44,560 nucleotides of DNA from Hyphochytrium catenoides (taxonomy: Eukaryota > Protista > Hyphochytriomycota). Location of the stretch: contig FLMG01001430.1 in assembly GCA_900088475.1 (NCBI GenBank), positions 1 to 44,560 on the forward strand. Reading direction: 5' to 3'. Both the position numbers and the translations under genes were made by a program. Positions 14,831-25,554 of this stretch are shown here, in pieces. Under the pieces are notes generated by a model. The model was given only the letters and a program-made list of their open reading frames with translations, searched no databases and was not told the DNA's origin. How positions within the stretch are numbered: the stretch's first letter is position 1; each line of letters opens with the position of its first letter.

Positions 14831-16800
14831 GCGGCTCCGGCCGTCAGAGTGTAGGTCCCACGTCCCACCCTGGATCCTAGTTCTCACACCCCCAGGAGTG
14901 GGCACTGTTTGGATTGTTGCTGCTGTATGAAAGCACTAGAAAGACACTGGAATTTTTTTAGTTGTTCAAGGGAACAGCAGGCAGTTATCGTTTTGCCAGC
15001 CCTATTCTCGTTACATGGACTTACTTACAAGGCTTTCGATACAAGGAATTCGGACACGACCAGTGATATTCGGGTTTAAAGCTGCTACCTTCGGTAAGGG
15101 TTGTGTGGGAGTGAGTTTATGATGGGACAGCAGTTTCAGTCAGACTGTACCTATCTGGCCAACCGTGCTGGTTCTATTCTTGTACAGCTCGCCTAAATGA
15201 CTGTCAAGATTCAATGGTGCTACTTCCATAGCGTTCACGGCAATTGACAGTCAAGAGAGTGCTCAAACTCAAAGACTGACCTACTTCCCTTTTTCCCGTA
15301 GAACTATGTTCACAGCGTCAAAAGTTTTGGTCCAAGATGGCGACATCACTGACCTACACCATCCCATCTCCACCACCATAGAAAAATTCCCAGACACCTT
15401 TCCTAACTTAGTGCATTTAAACCTTCACTATTTCGAATTCTACCAGACTGAAAGAGCTTTATACTGAATAAATAGCATATTTGTCCTGAAGACAAGGCTC
15501 ACATGGGGTTGGTGCCGACGAGGTGAGGCCATCTCGATGACTGCGGGACTTTTCACCCTTTCTTGCTCTGCCCCTCTCCCACTAGAAGCACGCCACAAGA
15601 CCAATCAGCGGTCACTGTCGACCATCGAGCAAGTCGAGCTTATACCTTATCTACACGCCTGTATCTACAAATACATCATAGATACATGCCTATTGTTCTT
15701 GATAGATGACAATAACGTGTCCAAAGTAAGGTCGACATGTCCTCTTTGTCCTTTGTAAGGAGATGTCGTACTCTGGTAACAGAGTGAGTGTTTGTTTCAA
15801 GATAGAGAACAGCGGGGACGAGAAAAGAAAAGTCCTCTCAATAAAGTCCTCGTTCTGTTGCCCCTACACCTGCCATAAGAAATAGAGCAGGAGAGCAATA
15901 TGACATCGAGACAGAGAATCATGAGACACGCAACTTGTACTCGTAGGTACAGTTTAAAAGTCAAAGAGAGATGGGCAAACAGAAGTAACAGAGGACAGAG
16001 AGAGGACAGTTAGAGGTTGACATAGATAGAGAGAACAAGAAGGAAAGGGCTAGGAGAATAGTGTTGATCTGTGAGACAATCCAGCCGGTATATTGGGAGC
16101 TCCTTATCAGAGGGCAACTACCAGGCCTACTCGACGGCTATCACCATATCGTCATTGAGTCAGTAGCCTCGGTTGCACTGGGTGTGGGGCGTTCATCCCT
16201 CATGTCGACTGTTACGGTCACCGTGAAGAATGTTTTGGAAGGTTGACCTAGTCTTCACTTTGTCCTACTCTGTCTGCTTTACTCTTGCTATCTATGGCAT
16301 TGTCATCCGTAGGTATATCCTTACTCTTCCTGATAAAGTTTTGACAAGTATTGTATCTATTCTGGTCCTCTGTCTTCCACCTCTAACCAGGAAGTTCCCT
16401 CTCGGTTGTTCCTTCCTCTTCCAATCGTTTTATGGTCGCCATCCAGCAAGAGTCAGTTCTTAGGTTCCACTCTTTTGTTCTCTTAGGGTAGTGCAAGAGG
16501 TGCTGACACATCTCCCTCCACTCTGTCTCTCAAGATGATTCATCTCCTTTCACTCTGTCTACTCCTCACCTCTTTTCTTACCCGTTTTCAAAATATATCT
16601 GCTCGTTCGGTTTTCCCGAATTTATCTCTCAAGTCATCTCTGTCTTTTTTGATAGGCTGCACCTGTTCAGGAGTGTACGCACGATAATAACTCCTCTTCC
16701 CTCCTCCGCTCCTTCATGTCACACTCTTCCATCGCCTTCTATTCAAAGAAGAGAGAGAGTGACACGTAGAGAATCTATCACGTCAACGGTTCTCCTTCTC

Positions 16801-16838
<38 letters not shown>

Positions 16839-17122
16839 CCTTCGCTCTCNNNNNNNTCTATTGCGAGGGTGATGCGAGGCGGGGGCGACTTCCATAAGGT
16901 CCCATTGCGAAAACTGACAGCTATCTCAGATGTCAAAAGTTAAGAGACAGCGCATTGCTCAAGTCACGATAAATCCATCTGGTGCTCCTCTCTCTCTGTT
17001 CTCGCTGATTTTCAGTGAAGCTTCACATTCATCTTTTTCCCAAGTGCATCTGACGCACTTTTCTTGATCCTCGTCATCGGCAAATCTCCATCTTCAATCT
17101 GACAGCGCCTAATATATAGAGC

Positions 17123-18482
17123 ATGACGGGCAATAAGAAGCTCCCATTTAGCCGGAAGAAGAAGTTATCCTCAAGGAAGCTTGAGCTTCTTCGCCTCATT
17201 CCTTCCACCTTCTCTGGACTTCTACTTAGAAAGCACCGCACGNNNNNNNNNNNNNNNNNNNNNNNNNNNNNNNNNNNNNNNNATTCCTGCTCAGGGAAAA
17301 GGAAGACCCGTTACCTTCATGGCAGCTTCTGAGGAGCTGAGGAGCCAGTTCGTCTTCTACATCATGCAGAGTAGCAACAGTATCTCCCTCTCAGACTTCA
17401 AGATTCTGAGCGTTATAGGTAAAGGTTTCTTCGGGACCATACTGGTTGGCTATAAGAAGAATGATCCAGAGAAGAAGCTCTACGCACTAAAGGAGATCAA
17501 GATGTCAATCCTTAGAAATAGATCACGCATTGCGACGATTCAGGGCGAGAGAGCGATACTGCAGAAAGTGATAGGGAATCCGTTCATCGTAGGGCTGGAG
17601 TTTGCGTTTGCCAACGCTAACGCTCTCTACCTTGTGATGGAGTTTATGCCTGGAGGAGACTTTTTGAACTATATGAAGGCTCACAACGGGAGGTTGCCCA
17701 AGGAAAGCGTGCAGTTTTATGGCGCAGAACTTCTCCTAGCGCTGCAGCATCTTCATTCTATGGACATAGTCCATAGAGATCTGAAGCCTGAAAACATTCT
17801 TTTAGACAAAGATGGGCACCTCCGCCTGACGGATATGGGGCTGTCGAAGCAGCTCAAGAAGCACAACCTTGCCCACACGTTTTGCGGTACTGATGCTTAC
17901 CTTGCGCCAGAGATGCTTGACATAGACAACAAACGAGCACATGGAAAGCCGGTAGATTTTTGGCAGTACGGCAGTCTCATCTTTGAGATGTTTGTTGGAC
18001 GTCCGCCGTTCTATAAAAGAAACATCAACAGACATGACATCCACGAAGCTATCTTGGATAATGAAGTGGACATTCCGTCTTATATCCCTCAAGATGCTGC
18101 AGACCTTATCCGTAAGCTATTGGAGAAGGATCCAAGCAAGCGGTTGACAGACTGGGAGACGGTTAAACGCCATCCCTTCTTCACTGGACTAGACTGGGCG
18201 GCTGTGTACGGCAAAAAGCTCTCTCCTCCAGTAGAGTTCAAGACTGGAGAAGACTTCCTCAAGAACTTCGATGAGAATCTGACTAGCATTCCTCTGCGTA
18301 TTGAGCCGGCCCCTGAGTCTACAGCTGATGATTTCTACGGCTTCGACTTCACTCGCCCTTCGTCCTTTGGGGGTGGTGAGAGAGGGTTGACCAAGAAGAA
18401 GTCATCTCCTGTCCTTGAGAAATCAGTATCCACGCTATCTATGCACTCCGGGAAGCAGGTTGTTCTGACTGCTGCTTCCTAA
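17123..18482 (+). CDS. AGC-family Ser/Thr kinase with N-terminal PH domain (Akt/PKB/SGK-like), interrupted by an N gap
   Basis: GKGFFG, YALKE, HRDLKPENILLD, DMG, TFCGTDAYLAPE, and AGC tail NFD plus hydrophobic motif FYGFDF. FSGLLLRK (before the 17243-17282 gap) and TFMAASEELRSQFVFYI (after it) resemble the first strand and last helix of a PH domain. ATG 17123 is in a different frame only across the gap. Confidence 0.92.
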
Positions 18483-19198
18483 CTCCCACGCTCGTCTTTA
18501 TCCATTATTTATTCTCAATTGCTCCCCTATTTATGACTCTAAGACAATCAAGACAAATAGAATAAAAGTAGAGAGAGAGAGAGAAAGGCTCTAGCTTAGA
18601 ACCCTAGCTAGCTGATATATTGAACTGATGAATGACAGATTATCTATCTGCTAGTCCGCCTCTCTCAGCTTTTTATTGTGGCCTTCAAAGTTCTGGCAAA
18701 ACTGACATATGTCCTTTCTCTCCGTCACTGTCTTTTATCTTAGTTCCTGGCCGTCAGTCTTCATATTATCGACCAAGCTCACTCCTCATTAGGTTATGTG
18801 AGAAGGGACCAAGATTCTTCATCTCATATGCTTGGGCCCTTCCCTCTCCAGGAGTTGGCTCTATATTTCAAAGAGTCAACTGGACCCATCTTCTTGCCGT
18901 CCACATAATAAGTGGCTCTCTCTCTTTTTATAAAAGACGAATTGACACATCTTCTCTCCGTCTGTCAATGTCCTACATCATGTGTCTGGCACTCAGTTTT
19001 CTTTCATGGTGTGGCTCAAGCTAGTTTGCGTTGACGCGAATGGCGAAGGTTTACCTCTCTAATCTTCCATACTTCAAAGGTCTCTCTGTCAAGAGAGCAG
19101 AAAAATCTCAAAAGACGCCTATGGCAAGACTAATCCCACTCCTCCGAGAGGGTCGATAAATATGTTTCTGACCCTTATAAGGGGTAGCTGCTCCGACG

Positions 19199-22100
19199 CT
19201 AAAGGGCGACGACAGCGTCATCCTTCTTTTTGTCTGCTATCGAGTCTTCATGCTCTGGCACAACGCCTGGCTCAACTTCTACGTCCTGACTCGCTGTCGT
19301 CGAATTACTGCCGTCGTCCTGCACCTGATTCTCCGTCGTCGCCTCGACCTCCTCTAAATTGTTTACAGTGGCTTTGGCGCTTAACCCCTTCCGTCCTTTT
19401 CGAAGAGTATCTTCGAAGGCCACTGGACCATTGCAAGTGCTAGAATCTTCGTGGGCTGCATGAGGAATCTGACAAGTCGTCATCACGTTATTGTCGAGAA
19501 ATACAAGGGAAACATGAGACTATTGGTGATAGATGTAATAGTGGGTCTCCAAGACAAGAGGCCGAGGATGAGAGCAATTTTATCAAGGTTGACCAGACCA
19601 ACTGAGATTGTGCGAACAAAGGATAATGCCATGGTAAAGAGGCGACAAAATTTATGATAAATGGGTTGGTATACCTGAGAAGAGAGAGCATAGCGTGAAC
19701 TGGTGGCTGAGGGTCGCCAGATGTAGCTGATGGCGCCGATAATAGCAAAGTTTAGTGACCACCACATGCCCCTACTGTGAACCCAGGCCCAGCTCCATGG
19801 CCATGCAAATATGTCTAGATGGCTGTCAGGACGAACCAAGAAGAGCAAGGCATAAGTGTGGGCCAAAGTGGTTCGGCAACGGGAGAGGCAGCTAGCGGAG
19901 AGAGAGAGGCAGATTAAGAAGAGACCTAATAACATAAGCTGTTTCACAGGTCACAGGTGAGGTATCTAAACCTCAGAGAGAGAATTACAGGTCTTCCAAC
20001 CGCATAGTGGCCAGAGCTAGAGTGTTCTTACCTGGCGATGATAACGAAGATGAGTCCTCCAATTATGACGCAAAATATAGAGACGGTAGAGAAGAGCTTC
20101 TCATACATCTGAAGCTTATAGAACTGCCTCTCCTTCTTTAGCTTCGACTGTGTCTCGAATAAAGCCATATAAATCCACACCATAAAAGTAAGGTCACATA
20201 TCTAAGGACAACAGAGACCGGAGGTGGGAACAGTAAGCTCGTTATACTAGGACCAGGAAATGAAGTACATTGAGCAGGCAAGACAACTTACAGAGCACTA
20301 TAGCAATGCTACTAGAGAATATGACCGAAAGCAAAGGAGTTCGGAAGAGGATTGCAAAAGACTGATGCAGTTCAATAGGACTATTGACTTCCGGGCCAAC
20401 AGACTTACCACTGACAGGAGAGTCCAATAAGAGCTGTATATGCGGACAAACTTGTCCTCACTCTCTCCATGCTCGATTTCGTCAAGGACACTTGACACTT
20501 GGTAGATTGCTGTATGTATGGGAGGCATAAGGTGTGGAACGCAGACGCGAGCAGTGGGTCAGGCCGGATGTGCCAAAACATGGGGGAGGGAAGAGGTAAA
20601 GGCCCAGGATAGAAACAAAAACAGACATCTCAACTCACAAGTGCTAACCTGATAGAGTCAAGATTAGCACTATTTCCTGCTTGTCCAAGCGGGCCCTTGT
20701 AACTCCGTAACCGAGACAAAGGGCAAGGAAGAGCATTCTGTTCATCGTCTTCGATAGGATCTAAAGAGCGCAGGTGCAGAAGCTTAGCGCCAACCTTCAT
20801 TTTCTAGGTCTAACTTCCAGCGGGGAAAGCACTGACCTCTAGCACAACTGACAATAGGTAAGGCGCAGCATGCGGACAGCAGATGGGAGTCCCGGTAGTG
20901 TTTAGATTGCCCCAAGTTAGATACCAACTGAGCCAGACAACTATGGTGCATGATAGAGTTAGGGGATTTGCTGGTAGAGAAATAATGGAGAATGATGCGC
21001 AGAGACGAAAAGACATTGCCGCTGATAGAGAGAGAAGAAGAAAATGGATGGGAAAGAGACAGCGAAACACAGAGAGATCAAGGAAAGGAGAGAGACAGAT
21101 ACAGGCAAGAAGGCGAGGAAAGAGAGCGAGAAAGCGAAGAAGAGAGAGAGACAGAGAGAGAGACAGAGAGAGAGAGAGGTAAAGAGAGAGGAGAGAAAGC
21201 GTAGAAGAAAGAAAATAGAGATAGACACAGAGAAGGAGAGAACATGACCAATCAGGACTTGTGAAGGCCAGCACTAGGAGCAAAATATGTTACCCATCGC
21301 TGTAAGAAGCACCACCAAGATATAGAACTGTAAGCGCATGCACTGGGCCCGATGGTAGAGAAGCAAGAGGCCATAGGAGAGCGACATAAGCCCGTATCCC
21401 ACTGCCAAAATCGCGCTAACCGATAGCCGAAAGTGCCACAGGTAGAGACGTCCAGCGGTCATGTCAGAAGACAGATTTATATTAAGCACGCGACAAAACG
21501 ACCAGCAAAGACTGAAAGAGATGGTAGTGAATGGACTTAGCTAGCCACAGAGACGGAAGGCGAGCAGATAGAGCTCTCTTTTGACGGACCTGAAAGGATA
21601 GAGTCCATAAAAAGCCGCGGGCAGATAGCCGTGGGGATTCTTGAACGTGATTGTCCCATTGTACTTCAGGCGCTTAACTAGGTTCGTCGACGAGCACGTA
21701 GAGATCTGAACGAAGTGAAGGCCTCCCTTTCGTACTGAGTACCGCTGCTGGACTACTACGTCAGTCCTATCGTCAAGGAACTTGGCCTCCTAACAATCGA
21801 GTGAGCATCTACTGCCAATTCTCAAGAGTTAGAAGCTTAATAATCTACCTGGCTGGCAAGGCCATCAATGCCTGGAATATCTGTCTCATTGCCGGTGCTG
21901 CAGAACGCTCCATAGGATAGCTTTTCTCTATTTCTTTCTAATAGCGCTCGGTCTCTGATGTGATAGAAGGATGTAACAACCTTAAAATCGCTAACGGCTT
22001 CACCATCAGAGGAAGACGACGGTGCTGATCCGCTCAACTGAACCTGCGAACGAGCGATCAAAATCAGGCAAGAGCTTACGTTGCTTAAATTGACGAAAAG

Positions 22101-22309
22101 CGAGCTTGACGTAGGACCCAACCTACCGCGATGAAAGCTTCTCCCCTAGCTCCAAACGCCCCTTCATCCGTAGCAAACACATTACCCTCAGTAAAAGTCG
22201 TCTCGGCTATTTCACGCTCTTCAAGCGGATAGATGGAGCCGTAAACGAGACTAAAAGCCCCAACAAGAGAAAGAACAAGGACAACGAAGTGAAGTCTGGG
22301 CACACCCAT
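19199..22309 (-). CDS. GOST-family seven-transmembrane protein (TMEM87/GPR107, lung 7TM receptor-like), paralog 1
   Basis: Signal peptide MGVPRLHFVVLVLSL..., luminal domain, then FKNPHGYLPAAFYGLYPF, LCLGYGVTRARL, VWIYMALFETQSKL..RQFYKLQMY and IWRPSATSSRYALSSQ. Ten exons join in phase. Confidence 0.9.
21100..21242. repeat. (GA)n-rich tract in GOST paralog 1 intron
   Basis: GA/GACA runs, i.e. CT-rich on the sense (minus) strand. Confidence 0.9.
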
Positions 22310-23181
22310 GCTTGCCCTTTAAGACGGACGACTTCATGTCAAATCCCTACAACGGTCTGAGTCTTAGCCACAGCTTAACCTGTACGTCAACCACCTCCTT
22401 TCACCTTTACATCCGAAAATCTTTCTTCTGCTGCTTAAAGACTGCAGGCTGCAGACAGAGATTCATTTGCCGATGACGGAAGACAGACAGAGACGCAGAA
22501 TCACGGCGTGAGACAGAGGTTATTGTGCCTTTGAACACTGTGATTCTGATGCCCAGGCATACTTTGCATCTTATTTGACGTCTTCCTATTTTCTTTTTAC
22601 AATCTTCACAAGTTTATTGCCGTTCTTTTCCCTCTTCAATCAGGGAGAATCTATACAATCGTAAACATCTGTGTTTATTGTAAATTCACACCTCGTTTGG
22701 GCTTTTCTTTCACTATTCGAAAATGCCATCCATTTTGACACAGAGGTTGGGACGATGGTGGAATGATTGTTCTGGTGAGCGTTACCCCTCCACCCCGGCT
22801 AGGCTGTGGGCCACCTCCCTCACTTTAATCACGTTGGAAGCCCCGTGTACCCTAGGTGGGGAGGCGCTGCCCTCTCCCAGAAAGTCCACAGTTTATCCGC
22901 AAATAATTCTCAACAAATCTTCCCCCTGCCAAGCGACATCGGGACATCGGGCGCAGATTGAGCTCCGTCTCACAGACCTTGTCCAACAGAGACTCAAAGT
23001 AGGGAAGAAGCTTCAGAGAAGAGGCAGGTTAATTAGCCAGAAAGAGGTTCTGAGAGAGGAAGCAGGACGCATCTCGAGCTCTGCTGCCTTGTGTCTATCT
23101 TCCTATTGAGAAAATTATTAGAGTGTAGAATAAGCTCCTTCATACTTGTCATCGTTCACTCGTATTATCTGACACAGGAGA

Positions 23182-25161
23182 ATGAAGATGGGTAGACTTA
23201 GCGGTGCCATTGCTATGGCGGTGGTCTACATCTTTGCCCTATCGGAGCTGGCCTTCGCACAAGGGCCTCTAGAAAGCGACCTCATGCCAGTAGCTCTCAA
23301 TGAGATGGTTCAATCGAAAGAATCAAGGTTCAGGGAATTCTTCATTCAAAACCTTGGATCTCCTCATGGAGTGAAGACGGATCAAGACCTGGAAGACTAC
23401 TTGCTTCGCACTTACCTCTTCGATGCTTCTCGCGCTTCAGCGACGCATGTTGACAGTACTTGGGGTCAAGACCTCTTCCTCCAAAAGAAAATCTTCTATC
23501 AACGGACAGATATGCCTGTCGTGATCATGCACGGTATGGGAGATGCTGCGGACCACGACGGCATGCAGCGGATTAGAGCGGTAGGCATTCCACGCTTGTC
23601 GTAGCTAGAGATGAAGGCGTAACACTTAGCCGTCTACCATAACACGCTAGGTCGTGGAGAAATACTTGCAAGTATACACTGTGAACGTGCCAATTGGTGC
23701 GTCAAGCTCCGAAGATATGAGAAACAGCTACTTCATGAACCTCGACGATCAGGTTGAGGTCTTCACACAATTCATCAAGAAGGTAGGAGCTTTCATCAAG
23801 GCTTTTGTTGGTCTATTGGAAGCTCAAGGACCATCCTTCGTATCTCCAGGACCCAAAGCTTCAAAACGGCTTCAATGCCATTGGCTTCTCACAGGTGAGG
23901 TCTTCACTTAGACTCATGAGCTTAACTGATGAAGTGGTTTAAGGGTTAGCTCCTGTAGGGCAATCTTATTATCAGAGGTTACATTGAAAGACATAACGTA
24001 CCCGCTGTAAAGCACTGGATCTCACTCCACGGCCCTCACGGAGGCATTGCAGAGCTACCGAGCTGCAAACCAGGCGACACCTTCTGTCAGAGAGTCACAG
24101 AGGTATATCAATCCAATGGTAGTGATGGTAGTAGGTCTAAGTCTAAGTTGGCCTGCCTTGTAGCTCATCGGATCATTCGCATACTCCTCCTGGGTCCAAC
24201 GTAAGGCCATCCTCTCTGTCTCTGCAGTGAAAAAGCCGTCCTTGCTCTCCACGTGAGGCTTTAGTCTGATCTCTAGTCTTTCTGACGGAGTACACGCAAC
24301 GACGGCGTCGTCGGGTTCGCTCTCATTCTTTTCATGCGTGGACTCACACGTCTGGGCCTCCGATGCTTCTTGGTCTATCTTATACTGTCCAGTCTTACAA
24401 TTCTGTCTCTCCTCTTTATTTCCTTCTCACCCTTGCGCCTTGTCTCTCGTTTATCATTAGATCATGTCTGTCAGGCAAACTACTTCCGTGATCCTCTACG
24501 GATTCCGCAATATCTAGCTAACGGTAGGTTCTCGTGTCCCGGCGTCATCTGATCTTCTTCCATCAATGACAAGCGCTCACATCAGAACCTTAGCACTTTT
24601 CCTTCCTGATATCAACAATGAGCGGAAGATGAAGAATGCCACTTACAAGGACAACTTCCTAAAGTTGCAAAGCCTGGCGCTGGTGATGGCAGGCAATGAT
24701 ACCACTGTCATACCTAAACAGAGCGAATGGTGCGTCCCCGTGCTTGCTTCTCCCTCGATCCACTCTGGTCTTTCCTCGTTTGCCTATCGCTCAAGCCTAA
24801 GCCGATGCCCTAGGTGTGTCTAAGTACGTATCGCTCTGCACAGGTTCGGTGCTTTCCGGGACGGCAATTTTTCAGAGATCGTGGAGATGAAAGATACTGC
24901 TTGGTAAGCAACTGGAGCAGGACTTTTGAAAAGGAAGAAGAGAAAGGGAGATGAAGGTGGATAGTCCGCCTAGCACTCTGACGATTGACCTATGCTGCTC
25001 TTGCGACGATTGTGCCAAATAGGTACAAGCAGGATCTGTTTGGCCTACAGACTCTCGATAAGCAGGGCAAGATTTTCAAGTACACGACGAAGGGTAACCA
25101 TATGCACTTCACCAGCGAAGAGCTGCTGGACATCATCAACAAGCACTTTGTCGAGTATTGA
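23182..25161 (+). CDS. PPT1: Palmitoyl-protein thioesterase 1 (lysosomal alpha/beta hydrolase)
   Basis: Nine exons give PVVIMHGMGD, GFNAIGFSQG (Ser), QANYFRDP, FLPDINNE, NDTTVIPKQSEWFG (Asp), YKQDLFGLQTLD and GNHMHF (His). Signal peptide present. Stop TGA at 25159-25161. Confidence 0.93.
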
Positions 25162-25554
25162 ATGACAGAGTAGCCATTGGGAAGGGGCCAAAGTCTGAAG
25201 AGGAGAGAAGAATTGAAGATGCGAGCAGAACTGAGGACACCGAAGGAGTGGGAGAAAGGGTAACCAGCGAGAGAGATGAAAGAGAAAGTGGGAGAGAGAA
25301 AAAGATTACCCTAGCATTTTAAAAGCCAGTAAGTTTTTAGCCATAACGTGCTTCCATATCAATGATTTAAGGCGTTGCAGAAGTGAATCTGCATTGCTGC
25401 CCTGCGTAGTGTGCCCAGCCATAGGTAGACATAGAGAAGAAAGAAAGAGGAGAGGGTCTTGTTAAAGAGAGAGACAGACTGAGAAAGATATTGGCTGGTT
25501 AGTTGGTGTTGGCGTGTAGGTTTTAGGCTCTTGCGAAGGAGAGACTGTTCTCTC

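Noticed and set aside
22723-23109. 128-aa ORF upstream of PPT1
   Set aside because: No recognisable motif; it lies in the divergent promoter/leader region and is probably incidental.
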